This document shows, in pieces, positions 11,540 to 24,802 of a DNA stretch of 64,000 nucleotides (position 1 is its first letter; every line of letters starts with the position of its first letter). The stretch lies in the NCBI RefSeq assembly GCF_035084215.1, contig NC_090364.1, positions 12,152,001 through 12,216,000 on the forward strand, in the 5' to 3' direction. The position numbers and the translations under genes were made by a program. The DNA is from Heptranchias perlo (lineage: Eukaryota). The notes beneath the pieces were generated by a model. It searched no databases, was not told where the DNA came from, and saw only the letters and a list, made by a program, of their open reading frames with translations.

Positions 11540-12850
11540 TGGCAGAATGGCTCAGTTATTAATGCACTTTGATCCCTGGTCTGTGTCGAGTTGTCTGGTC
11601 TCAGCTGGTTAGAGTACTACAGTTAGCTTCAGTAACCCTGAGCTAAGGGAAGGAAATGAAAGGTTCCAGCTCCTGATCACTGCCCAGTGACCATCGCTGT
11701 GACCAGCGGTGTGCCTCAGGGATCGGTGCTGGGTCCGCTGTTATTTGTTATTTATATTAATGATTTGGATGAGAATTTAGGAGGCATGGTTAGTAAGTTT
11801 GCAGATGACACCAAGATTGGTGGCATTGTGGACGGTGAAGAAGGTTATCTAGGATTGCAACGGGATCTTGATAAATTGGGCCAGTGGGCCGATGAATGGC
11901 TGATGGAGTTTAATTTAGATAAATGTGAGGTGATGCATTTTGGTAGATCGAATCGGGCCAGGACCTACTCCGTTAATGGTAGGGCGTTGGGGAGAGTTAT
12001 AGAACAAAGAGATCTAGGAGTACAGGTTCATAGCTCCTTGAAAGTGGAGTCACAGGTGGATAGGGTGGTGAAGAAGGCATTCAGCATGCTTGGTTTCATT
12101 GGTCAGAACATTGAATACAGGAGTTGGGATGTCTTGTTGAAGTTGTACAAGACATTAGTAAGGCCACACTTGGAATACTGTGTACAGTTCTGGTCACCCT
12201 ATTATAGAAAGGATATTATTAAACTAGAAAGAGTGCAGAAAAGATTTACTAGGATGCGACCGGGACTTGATGGTTTGACTTATAGGGAGAGGTTGGATAG
12301 ACTGAGACTTTTTTCCCTGGAGAGTAGGAGGTTTAGGGGTGATCTTATAGAAGTCTATAAAATAATGAGGGGCATAGATAAGGTTGATAGTCAAAATCTT
12401 TTCCCAAAGGTAGGGGAGTCTATAACAAGGGGGCATAGATTTAAGGTGAGAGGGGAGAGATACAAAAGGGTCCAGAGGGGCAATTTTTTCACTCAAAGGG
12501 TGGTGAGTGTCTGGAACGAGCTGCCAGAGGCAGTAGTAGAGGCGGGTACAATTTTGTCTTTTAAAAAGCATTTGGACAGTTACATGGGTAAGATGGGTAT
12601 AGAGGGATATGGGCCAAGTGCAGGCAACTGGGACTAGCTTAGTGGTATAAACTGGGCGACATGGACATGTTGGGCCGAAGGGCCTGTTTCCATGTTGTAA
12701 ACTTCTATGATTCTATGGTGATTGAGAGAGGGCAGGAGCAGATTTGGCTATGAGGCCCCACAATCAAAAAAGCACCAACCATGTCTATGTTCATACATGA
12801 AGGGTGACCACCTTGCTTAAGTAATGAGACGTTGCAGTTGTCCATTGGAC
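11540..12850 (+). mobile_element. SINE family B split by the CR1 at 11700-12716
   Basis: 5' half ends ...cctgatcactgcccagtgaccatcgctg (compare 51785-51810). 3' half resumes after the CR1 tail with the catgaag motif (compare 48150-48260). Confidence 0.5.
11700..12716 (+). mobile_element. Young 5'-truncated CR1 LINE with open RT C-terminal frame
   Basis: The ORF at 11687-12637 has [17 protein letters not shown] and RPHLEYCVQFWSP with no stops, followed by a 3' UTR and (ttctatga)n tail. Confidence 0.95.
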
Positions 12851-13249
12851 CTCATACCAATGGTTCAAGACTCAACTCCATCGTTCATTCGAGGTTCACC
12901 CCAAAGCCTCAGTTTTTAACGTTGCATAAAAAGAGGTGGAGATTCATGTCACTGGGCCTCTTGTCACATTTCTAACAGGGGGATGGGGGAGGGGTGGAGG
13001 TTGGGGCTGCGGAAGCTCCTGATCCAGGCGGGAGTGTCATTAAAACATTTAAATGATGCAGGGGTACCACTCTGACATCTCCCGCATCTTTTCTCGGTTC
13101 TCAACACCACGTCTACGGCAACTGAAAATTAACACCTGTTGTAACTGGTTATCTAAGGTTTCTAGGTACCGGAAAGCATAGGTAGCTCCATCTAAAGGTT
13201 CAAAATTATTTTTTTGCAGTTTTGAGCCCATTTCTGGACCATTTTCATA

Positions 13250-14480
13250 ATTGAAAGTCCATATACACCACATCAACTGCATTGCCCTCATCTACCCTCT
13301 CTGTTGTCTCATCAAAACACTCTATCAGGTTAGGTAAACACGATTTGCCTTTAACAAATCCATGCTGGCTTTCCCTAATCAATCCACCCTTGTCCAAGTG
13401 ACTGTTAATTCTGTTCCAGATTATCGTTTCTAAAGGTTTCCCCACCACTGAGATTAAACTGACTGGCCTGTAGTTGCTGGGTTTATCCTTAACACCCTTT
13501 TTTGAACAAGGGTGTAACATTTGAAATTCTCCAGTCCTCCGGCACCACCCCCGTATCTATGGATGTTTGGAAGATTATGGCCAGCACCTCCACAATTTCC
13601 ACCCTTACTTCCCTCAGCATCCTAGGGTGCATCCCATTTGGACCAGGTGACTTATCTACTTTAAATACAGCTAGCCTTTCAAGTACCTCTTCTTTATCAA
13701 TTTTTAGCCCATCCAGTATCTCAACTACATCTTCCTTTACTGAGACTCTGGCAGCATCTACTTCCTTGGTAAAGACAGATGCAAGGTACTCATTTAGTAC
13801 CTCGGACATCCTCTCTGCCTCCATAAGTAGATCTCCTTTATGGTCCCTAATCGGGCCCACCCCTCCTCTTAATCCCTGTTTACTATTTACATGCCTGTAG
13901 AAGACTTTTGGATTCCCTTTTATGTTGGCTGCCACTCTATTCTCATACTCTCTCTTTGCCCCTCTTATTTTCTTTTTCACTTCCCCTCTGAACTTTCTAT
14001 ATTCTGCCTGGTTCTCACTTGTGTTATCAACCTGACATCTGTCATACGCCCCTTTTTTCCGTATCATCTGACTCACTATTACTTTTGTCATCCAGGGGGC
14101 TCTGGCTTTAATTGCCTTACCTTTCTCCCTCGTGGGAATGTGCCTGGACTGTACCCGAACCATCTCCTCCTTAAAAATTACAGTTTTGCCTGCCAATCTT
14201 TGATTCCAATTTACCCGGGCCAGATCTGTTCTCATCCCACTGAAATTGGCCCTCCTCCAATTGAGTATTTTTACTTTAGAGTGGTCCGTGTCCTTTTCCA
14301 TAGCTATTCTAAACCTGACACTTGCTCCACTTGGCCCACATCTTTCCCCTCGAACCAAGTGCAGCAATGTTTCCTTCCTCGTCGGGCCGGAAACATACCG
14401 ATTAAGAAAGTTATCCTGAACGCATTTCAAAAATTCCTCCCCCTCTGTGCCCCTTATATTATTATTGTTATCCCAGTCAA
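13250..14480 (-). mobile_element. CR1 ORF2 internal fragment (endonuclease end, linker, RT start)
   Basis: FNYPNIDW, KSPGPNGMHPR, NYRPVSL, QHGFVKGKSC and VDVVYMDFQ, with frameshifts. Confidence 0.9.
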
Positions 14481-15019
14481 TATTAGGATAGTTGAAGATA
14501 GAAAGAGGTGACTGGACTTTGTTTTGGCAGATGATTACTGCATACAGAGGCTCCAACTCTCAGGATAGGCTGTGACGGCAGGCTCAATGGCAAAGATACA
14601 TGTGAGGGCCTGATTAACCGTTATGCTGGACGGTTTTTCAGAAACATCCCAATCACTGCATGCCATGTTTTATGTGGCACTGCACGAACGAAGGCTTGCC
14701 AGGGTGACCGTCAGCCACCAAAATCCGATTGGCTGCATCTTGCCAAGATGCCACCAATGCTATCCGCAGACATTGACACATCGATCTGACAACAGCTGTG
14801 AGGAGCTATCTTCCCAGGATCCGGGGCAGCAGAGAGCCAGACGCAGAACTGTGCCGTCTACTATAAGGGCACCTGCAACTCACATACAGCATAGGGCTGG
14901 CACAGCCAGTGACAGAACCAGGCAGCTGTGCCAGACTTCAGTCAGCACATGGGGCTTCCTCTCGCTTAATTTTTGTCTGTCACTTCCTGATCCCCTGTTT
15001 CTTCAGCCTTGGCAAATAA

Positions 15020-15460
15020 AGAACTTGCATTTATATAGAGTCTTTCTCATCCCAAAGTGCCTTACAGCCAATGCTTTTGAAGTGTAGCCACTGTTGAAAG
15101 GTAGGCAAACGCAGTAGCCAATTTGCGCACAGCAAGCTCCCACAAACAGCAAAAGAGATAAACGACCAGATAATCAGTTTTAGTGATGTTAGTTGAGGGA
15201 TAAATATTGGCCAGGACACCAGGGAGAACTCCCCTGCGAACAGTGCTATGGGATCTTCTATATCCGCCTGAACAGGCAGACAGGCCCTTGGTTTAGCATC
15301 CCATTAGAAAGATGGCACCTCCGACAGTGGAGCATTTCCTCGGTACTACACTGAAATGTCAGCCTAGATTATATGCTCAAGTCCGGCAGCGGGGCTTGAT
15401 CCCATGACCTTCAGGCTCAGAGGGGAGGGTGCTACCCACTGAGCCAAAGTGACACCGAAA
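15020..15460 (-). mobile_element. SacSINE1-like SINE, near full length
   Basis: tRNA-like head (tggctcagtgggtagcac on minus), Deu core and L2-type tail. Confidence 0.85.
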
Positions 15461-16189
15461 CCCAGCACAGCCGGCAAAGACTGATAATCAGCGGAGATGC
15501 CTTTGTGAAGCCTTTCAGGATCTAATCCCCCTATTGTGACACTCTTTTTTAATTGTCCCCATCCTTTTCACATACACTCTCACGCTGCCCTGCTCTGTAA
15601 ATAATGGTGCAAGTGAGCTGACCCAGGAAATTTGAGTGCTGTTGACACGTTGACACGGGGGGAGGGGAAGGGAAATGGCACCAATTTTAACCTTTAAGAC
15701 ATGACTTGCACCAGTGGAAAAAAAAAAATCAGCCCCAGAGTCTTCAGGAGAAAAGGAAGGAAGACTGAGGGAAAGAAACATCTAACCCAAGAATAAATCA
15801 ATGTGTGTAAGCAGAAATTGGGGTCAATTTGTTTCTTTCACCAGTGATATTCTCTTATCAGATAGTTACTTCGATGGAAATGACTTTATTGAGTCAACAG
15901 GAATCACTGTGTATTGGCTGCAGAAAGGAAATGGCTGTGGTTTTCCGATTTCTATTCACTTAACAGAAATATTCTCTTATCGGGTTGTAGCAGCAGGTAA
16001 AGAGGAGATAATAATTTAACATCAGCAACCTCATATTAAGGAACAAACTGTTCGCAACGCGACACAAATGTCGACAGGGTCAGGTCCTTTCCTTTGCTGT
16101 ATGTGAGCAAGTTAAACAGAAGGTTTCCCTCCCCGCTGCCTCCCCCACCCCCCCCAAATGAGAAATCTAGGTGAAGGGCTAAAGGCCCA

Positions 16190-16600
16190 TTTGCTGCCTG
16201 TATCCTAACTCACACCAAGTCCCATTCACGCATCATCCCTGTGCTCTTCGACTTACATTGGCTCCCGGTCCGGCAATGCCTTGATTTTAAAATTCTCATC
16301 CTTGTTTTCAAATCCCTCCATGGTCTCGACCCTCCCTATCTCTGTAACCGCCGATTTTCATTGCTCTACCATTGGCGGCCGTGCCTTCAGCTGCCTAGGC
16401 CCTAAGCTCTGGCATTCCCTCTCTAAACCTCTCTGCCTCTCTCTCCTCCTTTAAAACCTACTTTGACGAAGCTTTTGGTCACCTGCCCTAATGCCTTCTT
16501 ATGTGGCTCGGTGTCAAATTTTGTTTGATAATCGCTTCTGTGAAGCACCTCAGGACATTTTACTACGTTAAAGGCGCTATATCAATGCAAGTTGTTGCTT
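16190..16600 (+). mobile_element. L2 LINE 3' fragment with internal deletion
   Basis: Aligns with 1395-1880. Confidence 0.85.
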
Positions 16601-17274
16601 TGAAAGCCTGATGCTTTTAGAAGGAAGGAAAGACTGAGGGAGGTAAGGAGATCCTCAGCTTGGAGATGCTGGGGAGGAATGAGTTTGATTAGAAGATGGT
16701 ACAATGAGTCTTGATGTCAGCACACCGCAGATGTAGGGAACTGCAAGAACATATGCGAGGAGCACTCAGTGATAATAGTGAGAAGGTTAAGATAGGTTGC
16801 AATGGAGAGAGAGGAGGTGGGAAAATGAGTGCCTATCAATCAGCAACCATCTTCTCAAATGCTGTCGAGTGGGTGCAAAAGTGCCCAGGAAGTACACGTG
16901 TCTCCCTCCATGGAAAGTTCTAACAGAATGGAGCTGCTTTGGAATGTATAAGGATGTTTTCATAATTGATGTCACCAGAACAGCCTAGAAGGAAGGCTTT
17001 TGTGGATTTTCATGGCAGTAAGTAGAATTTTTAAACAAATTATTCAGGCATCTTTTTAAAGTGGAGATGCAGGGGTTACTTATCAGAGAGACTTTGCTTC
17101 CCCTCTTAAATAAAGTACATATATAAACCAGTATTGGAGAATTGAAAGTTTAACAGCTATAATCACTCGAATTAGAGAAAAAGTTCCAATTAATGCATAT
17201 TTCTAGTGCAAAATGTCAATACACATTTACGAAAAAAACTGATGAAATTTAATTTTAGCGGCACTGTCAGAGAA

Positions 17275-17780
17275 ATAAAAAAGACTTGCGTTTATATAGC
17301 ACCTTTCACAATCTCAAGACGTCTCAAAACGTTTTATAGCCAATGAAGTGCTTTTGAACTGAGTGGATATACTTATCAAGAAAGACTAAACACTAGAAAA
17401 GAGAAGACTGAGGGGTGACCTGATAGAGGTCTTTAAGGTAATGAAAGGGTTTGATAGGGTAGACGTAGAGAAAATATTCCCACTTGTGGGGGAATCCAAA
17501 ACTACAGGTCTTCAATAGTCATTAATAAATCCAAAGGGATTTCAGGAGAAACTTCTTTACCCAAAGAGTGGTTAGAATGTGGAACTCACTACCACAAGGA
17601 GTAGTTGAGGCAAATAGCATAGATGCATTTAAGGGGAAGCTAGATAAACACATGGGGGAGAAAGGAATAGAAGGTTATGTTGCTGGGGGTAGATGAAGTA
17701 GGGAGGGAGGAGACTCGAGTGCAGCATAAACACCAGCATAGATCGGTTGGGCCGAATGGCCTGTTTCTATGCTGTAGACT
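17275..17780. mobile_element. SacSINE1-like tail (minus, 17275-17360) joined to a CR1 3' fragment (plus, 17390-17780)
   Basis: Tail motif ttgcgtttatatagc. CR1 LEKRRLRGDLIEVFK...FFTQRVV..WNSLP and 3' UTR ggccgaatggcctgtttct. Confidence 0.8.
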
Positions 17781-19179
17781 CAATGCAATGCAATGTAACA
17801 GTTCAGTCTCTTAGCTGTCAGACTTTGTATTTTATTAATATGTTGTATTGCTGTCATTCAGCAGAATTCACGAGGACGAGGATGGATTGGGTACATGGGG
17901 CTACACAAAGGTATATAACCCACACCGCAGAGTCGCAGATAGAACCAGAGGGATGGAGTTTCACTTGCGTGACAAAGCCATTCTTGGCATGTGCGCCTAG
18001 ACAGTGAATATAGGTGGATTATGTGACCATGGAGACTATGGCAACAAACGCCCACTACCCTCCGCACCTGGGAGATGATTTCATCTTGCGGCTAGGTGCA
18101 AGAAAATTGCAAACTGTACTTCAATGTGTTCCTAAAGGTGTTTCCATGAAGAGAGTGTGTTGGGAAAAGCCAGAACTTTAACAGAGGGAAGGGTTGGTAT
18201 TGTGGAAGGAGATCGAATGGGCCAAAGGGTCTTCACCTAATGAAATCCAACATCTCAGTCAGAACTCAATCCACTTGCACATTAATGCTTGCAGATATAC
18301 ACATGAAAACACACAGACATGTACACAAACATGGACATGTACACAAACTCAAGCATGCACGAACAACTCCACCCCCCAACACACACACACACTCAGATAC
18401 ATAGACAGCCCATTGTAGGGAAATCTCAATTAATAGAAGAAGTTTCTTTACCATGTAAATCTCTCCTGAGCAGCTTGCTGCCCCTTCCTTTGAACTCCGA
18501 TAACTTTAAAAGTCCTCATTTTACAATCGAGCCTCCAGATCCGTGACGATCGCTTATCAGTTCTCACGAAAGCTGACGGCTGCCATGTTTCCCCACCGCA
18601 CAGTGCTACACTTTGGTGGGGGAGGGGAGGAAAACACAGGCCTCCGTCATCCCGATAAGAAGAGCAGAGCCAGTCCCACAGTCAGTGGAGTTGACCGGGA
18701 TGAGCAAACGACCCATACCTGGCACTGATGTCACCTGCCGAAAAGATGTTTTTGCACTGATAAGAGGGCAGCACTGGGAAATTAGCCAGACCGTAGTTAG
18801 GCCTGTCTGTCACTAGGCCTCTCACCATCTGCTTCACTCAATGCAGAGCAACAAACCTAGTTCTGCAGAGGCCGTTTTATTTGTTTACGTTCCCACAGTC
18901 ACATTCTCAAACCTAATTCTTTTTATTTTATTCATTGAATTTTTTTCTGTTAGGTAGGGGTTGAATTTTGAGTTCACCAAGATGAAAATGTCATGGAGCT
19001 GAGAAGTAGAACATTTTTCCATTTTTATTTCACCCAATGACTGGAGAGCGGTGCAGAGTCAGCAGTATAGCTGATATCAGCCGACTCCAGGTCACTCTAA
19101 GCAAGTACCAGTCTCAAACCAGTACCTGCAGTCTGACTGGAAATGCTGTCGACATCTGGAGAGACAAAAAAGCCAATGT

Positions 19180-19820
19180 TGGCCTAGAAATTTCATGGCA
19201 ACTTGGCCGTTTTTCGGGTGCTAAACGGGCACTTAAAGCTCCAATATGGCGGGCGGGGTACATGCATTCATTGCACGCTAGAAGCGATGTAGACAAAGAA
19301 ATAAGCGTTCAGGACCCCTGCCTGAAACTGGGGTTAGGCCCTTTGCATATGTAAATAAGGGGCTTCACGCCTGTTTGAGGACCCCTGTGCAAAATTGAGT
19401 TGCCCTGACCGCAGCCATCACCAGGTCTACGTGCAGCCTAACTGGCGGTCCTTAAAGGGATCTCTGGAGACCATCGCCAAAAAGGTAAGTTTGTAAAAAA
19501 TGCTTACCTGAACGTGCAGCAGGAGCGCACCTCTCAACCCCTCATTAAAATCATGGGACGCTGCCGACCACCGCTCCCCCTGCCCCCACCCCGGTCCTGA
19601 TCGCCGCCTCGACTCCCACCGTCCTGATGTCCCAATCACCCTCCCTTTCCTAGTCGCCCCCAACCCGATCTCATCCCCTTCCCCTTTAACAACCTACGGC
19701 CCAAAATTCGAAGCTTCTTTGCCAGTGAGCTGCCTGGGGACACCCAGCAAGGCGGTCTCATTTAAATGAGGCCCGAGGCCCAATATGAGGCAGGCTAGCG
19801 CGAACCAATTTCCAGGCTGT
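19180..19820. mobile_element. GC/CpG-rich non-autonomous DNA transposon (MITE-like)
   Basis: Ends gcctagaaatt ... aatttccaggc are imperfect inverted repeats. Internal motifs resemble 21736-22270. Confidence 0.5.
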
Positions 19821-19974
19821 TGAGTCTAGTCACAGAAAACGAACCTGTCTTTTCTCTTTCAGATACTGGCAGGTCTGCTCTCGAATGTCCTTTTTTTAAT
19901 ATGTATTGCAAATTTCCAACATTCGCAGTTGTCTCTTTTTACCTCCACTTGCAGTATAACTGCGTTCAAAGAGG

Positions 19975-20330
19975 TAAGAAAGGATTTGTAATTATATAGC
20001 ACCATTTGCATCACATAGTGCTTCACAGCCAGTGAAGTGTAGTCACTGTTGTACTGAAGAGAAACATGGCAGCCAATTTGCGCACAGCAAGGTCCCACAA
20101 ACCACAACGAGATAAATCAATAATTAATCTGTTTTTAGGTGTTAGTTGAGAGATAAATATTGACCAGGACACCGGGGAGAACTTCCCTGCTCTTCTTCAA
20201 ATAGCACGGTGGGATCTTTTATGTCCATCTGAGAGGGCAAACGGTACCTCGGTTTAACGTCTCATCTGAAAGACGGCACCTCCGACAGTGCAGCACTGGA
20301 GGGTCAGCCCAGATTTTGTGCTCAAGTCCT
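19975..20330 (-). mobile_element. SacSINE1-like SINE
   Basis: Deu core and tail as in the 15020 copy. The head is replaced by a CR1 tail. Confidence 0.8.
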
Positions 20331-20336
20331 AGGGGT

Positions 20337-21735
20337 CATAAGAGCATAAGAGATAGCAGCAGGAGTAGGCCATTCAGCCCCTCGAGCCTGCTCCGCCATT
20401 TAATGAGATCATGGCTGATCTGATTTTTACCTCAACTCCACTTTCCCGCCCTTTCCCCATATCCTTTGACTCCCTTGCTGATCAAAAATTTGTCAAACTC
20501 AGCCTTGAATGTATTCAATGACTCAGCCTCCACAGCTTTTTGGGGTAAAGAATTCCAAAGATTCATGACCCTCTGAGAGATGAAATTCCTCCTCATTTCT
20601 GTCTTAATCGGGCGACCCCTTATTCTGAGACTATGCCCCCTAGTTTTAGATTCCCCCATGAGGGGTAACATCCTCTCAGCATCTCCCCTATCGAGTCCCC
20701 TCAGAATCTTCAATAAGATCTCCTCTCATTCTTCTAAACTCCAATGAGTATAGACCCAATCTGTTCAATCTTTCCTTATAACACAACCCTTCCATACCCG
20801 GAATCAACCTAGTGAGCCTTCTCTGAACTGCCTCCAATGCAAATATGTTCTTCCTTAAATAAGGGCACCAGAACTGTACGGAGTACTCCAGGTGTGGTCT
20901 AACCAGCACCCTGTACAGTTGTAGCATGACTTCCCTGCTTTTATACTCCATCTCCCTAGAAATAAAGGCCAATATTCCGGATTACCTGCTGCACCTGTAT
21001 GTTGACTTTTTGTGTTTCATGTACGAGGACAAACAGATCCCTCTGTACCGCAGCATTTTGTAGTATTTCTCCATTCAAATAATATTTTGCTTTGTTATTT
21101 TTCCTCCCAAAGTGGATGACTTCACATTTTCCCACATTATATTCCATCTGCCAAATTTTTGCCCATTCGCTTAACCTGTCAATATCCCTTTGCAGACACT
21201 TTGTGTCCTCATCACAACTTGCTTTTCCACCTATCTTTGTATCATCAGCAAATTTGGCCACAAGACACTCTGTTCCTTCATCCAAGTCATTGATATATAT
21301 TGTAAATAGTCGAGGCCCCAGCACTGAGCCCTGCGGCACCCCACTAGTTACAGATTGCCATTTTGAAAATGACCCTTTTATCCCGACTCTTTGTTTTCTG
21401 TTAGTTAGCCAATCCTCTATCTATGCCAGTATATTACCCCCAACACCATGAGCGCTTATATGAGCAGTAATCTTTTATGTGGCACCTTATCGAATGCCTT
21501 TTGGAAATCCAAATTTACTACATCCACTGGTTCCTCTTTATCCACCCTGCCCGTTACTTCCTCAAAGAACTCTAATAAATTTGTCAGACATGATTTTCCT
21601 TTTATAGAACCACGTTGACTCTCCTTGATTGTATTATGAGTCTCCAAATGTCCTGCTACTACTTCCTTAATAATGGATTCTAGCATTTTCCCAATGACAG
21701 ATGTTAGGCTAACTGGTCTATAGTTACTTGCTTTT
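20337..21735 (-). mobile_element. CR1 LINE 3' part (RT), frameshifted
   Basis: Consecutive ORFs at 20432-21686 carry [25 protein letters not shown] and RPHLEY. The (cataagag)n tail is at 20337. Confidence 0.92.
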
Positions 21736-22270
21736 GGGTCGATTTTGACCTTTGGTGTGCACTAACCGGTTGCCCGTTCCGGCAGCGAGAGGCCCCATGA
21801 TTTTGAGGACTTGGCCTCCTTTAAATCTGTCAGGCGAGCTGCGGGCCGCCCAACAGGTGCAGCTCACCAGTTTCAGGCCTCAAGGTCGGGTTGGGGCAGT
21901 CGCCAGCAAGGTTTGGGAAGGGGGATCGCAATCGTGGACGGTGGGGGTCCCAGACCGGCGGTGACCCAGATTTTTTTTGTGGGCTCTGAAGGTGCACTCC
22001 TGCTCCTCCGGGGCCCTGCAAAAAATAATTTGACACTTACCTTTGTCTGGGCCTCTTTGGTTCCACCGCCCGTGGAACTGGTCGGAGCGTCCATGGTGCC
22101 AGCTCCGACCTAAAATGGCGATCGGGGTCCTCTTTACGACATAGGACCCTGATTTCCGTATTAAAAGGGGCCTATCGCCTGAATCAGGCGGGCACTTTGG
22201 ACGCCCAGCAGTAGCCCCTTTCAAAATGTCACTGGCCGCATCGCCGTGTCGACGGATCGCATTGTGAGGC
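21736..22270. mobile_element. GC/CpG-rich non-autonomous DNA element
   Basis: Sharp CpG-rich block starting gggtcgattttg, with motifs (aggagtgcacct, cttacct, cctttaa) like those in 19180-19820. Confidence 0.4.
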
Positions 22271-23079
22271 TGTTTCCGTGCCTCTAACACCAGGCGAAGG
22301 CAGTGAAAGTCGACCCCTCACAGTGAGCTTGAACCCATGACTTTCTAACTCAGAGTGCTTCCCACTGAGGAAAACGGACTCTAATGATTTTTTTTTTTTA
22401 AATGGACACCTCGAAATGATACCGTGGGATACCATCGAACATTCAGCGTGCCCCCACGAAATAGCTTCCTTCACTATTTTGAGGAAGTTAGAAGTTAAAA
22501 TAAGTGGCTGCTTAAATAGCAACGGAGGAAATTTCCCAGAAAGGGCGAGCGATCGCTCGCTGCCATCCCACGGCCTTTATTCCACGGCCCTGTTGAATTG
22601 GTGCAGACCAATCCATCTTATTTAAAATGGCCGCACCCCCCACCCCGACCTTCGCAATCCCCTCCCGCTGCCCGCCCTCTCAGCCTGCAAATGGTGCGGG
22701 AGGGCACATAAAACAACAAAAGGCAGCATCACAAGCTAAGTTAATACAAATACTTTTATTTTGCCCACAATAAATATTCTGTACATGTGCTGAGCAATAC
22801 AGGGCAACTGAGCAGCTAAATTGCACTCGGTGCAAATGAAAAATTCATTTTGTAAACTTTAGAATCAAATACATGCTGAAAACTCAAGTGTTTCTTTTTG
22901 AAAGCAGTGTTTGGTTTACATGAGATTCTTAGTGTCTTTTGTCGAATTTTTAGAGTAATTTTACAGTTTGATTAGGAAACTTCCTGAAATGGCTTCAAAG
23001 GACAAATGGGAAATGATTTGCTATCTTTCATGACACTTACACACTCGCAATCTCTAAATTATCAAAGGTTTTGATCAGG

Positions 23080-23430
23080 AAATTTGGAAGCCTGTGACTC
23101 GACGGCATCAGTTTTAAGATCTTCATCAAAAGAACGAAGGGAGAGATTAGGAGATTGTGTTTTTTTTTTACGCAGAGGGTTTTAAGACATGGAATGTCCG
23201 ACCAGAAACAGTGGTGGAAGCAGAATCCGTAACAGCTCTTAAAGGGGAAGTGGATAAATATTTGAAAGAGAAAAAAATTGATGGATTGCCCCTCCTCCCC
23301 TAGCTGAGGGTTGCTAAGGCCAATTGTAGCACCTCAACTCCTCCTCTGACTCAGATGAACTAATTTAACAGGGATCAAACCCAAGGCCTTGGGCCTGCGT
23401 GTTCAGTGTTAAACTGGGGCCTTTACCCAC
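23080..23430. mobile_element. Old CR1 3' remnant (plus) followed by a SINE family B head (minus)
   Basis: FFTQRV..WN.....VVEAES-like sequence, then ctaaggccaattgtagcacc..gggatcaaaccc. Confidence 0.55.
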
Positions 23431-24802
23431 CGTCAAGTTTCACAACTCTTTAGCAAAACCATCAGACTGAGGACAATAGCAATGCATCATTCTAGGTGGG
23501 GGGGGTTTAGGGTGAAAAGATCAAGGATAAGCAGATGAAGTCCTGCCCAATGGACACTGAGAGGGTGAATACGTTTTCTCCCTGGCTCACTGATACCCAT
23601 TCTGGGCCCCACGTGGAGTCTGGTACTCAGCAGCTGGTTGAGGCTACAGCGCGAAGTTGTCATGTACGATAGCCAATGATTCAGCAATCTCATTCAGAAA
23701 GACTGCTTGGATACAGAGTGTGGATAATGAAAAGGTCTCAGTGAAACAGCGGATGGCACTCTTTTGAGTTCAGCATTATTGGTTATCGTCAGGGCAAGAC
23801 AGAGAAAACTTTGTGTTGTACTGATCCATTCTGACTTGGTGTCCAGTGCTAGGGTTGGAAGATAGTCAATCCTCACAGAAGTACCAAAAAAGAGGGGTGG
23901 GGAGTCAACATGTAAGCCAGACACTGCCCTTTTCAGACACACAAACTTTTTACCAAATCACAAAAATGGCAATTCCTCGGGACCTGTGCTTTATCCCTCT
24001 ACAGTATCAAAGGGCGCACTGGTCAGAACTCGCACAGGCTACCCCATAACCCACGGGTGCCAGTCAATCTCTCTTTAGGGTTGCCACCTGCCCAGTCGTG
24101 AAGCAGGCGGCCTTGCTTTTCAGCAGCCTGTCCTGGGAATATAAAGAGGACAGCATAATATCTTGATTTTCAATATACACTTGTTCAATTTGCTCCTGTG
24201 CTTTTGTGACGATGAAGCATTAAGTTATTAAGGTTTTCAGTGAATTCTCATCCACAGCAAAGCAGACAATGGACCCCAAATTCCGACCCTTCCCTCCATC
24301 TGGTATCGGAACTGGGATAAGATGGAAACGCCAACTTTCATAGGACAACATTGCAGTATTCCACTGATCACGAGTGTCACGTGACAGGCTCCATGGAGCA
24401 TCACATGACATAGTGTCAGATGGTAACTAGTTGCCATTAGATAGTCGGATTTTCACTGCGGTTGGAATTATTATTTGTATTAATAACTCTGACACTCAGA
24501 CAAGAAGTAATTTTAAGAATTTTTTTTTTAAACTATTTACTTTTTTTATTAACAATTATTTTAAAAATAAAATGTGAGTACCAAAAGCTGATTGGCTACA
24601 AGTGACGCTCATCAGCATTGGTAGAGAATAGCAGAGCTTAGTAATGATACTCTACTGATGTCATAATTGGGATCTGATATAACGTCAGGATCAAGACAGT
24701 GGAATGGGGGAAGGTTGATGGTGTAAAATCCAAAATATTCAGCAAAAAGGTTTTAAAACATCGGCAAATTTCTAATTAAGCAAGAACATGGAACCATAGA
24801 GA

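Noticed and set aside
23487-23942. Two in-frame minus-strand ORFs separated by one TGA (readthrough or selenoprotein?)
   Set aside because: No recognisable homology, a weak acceptor and no SECIS seen.
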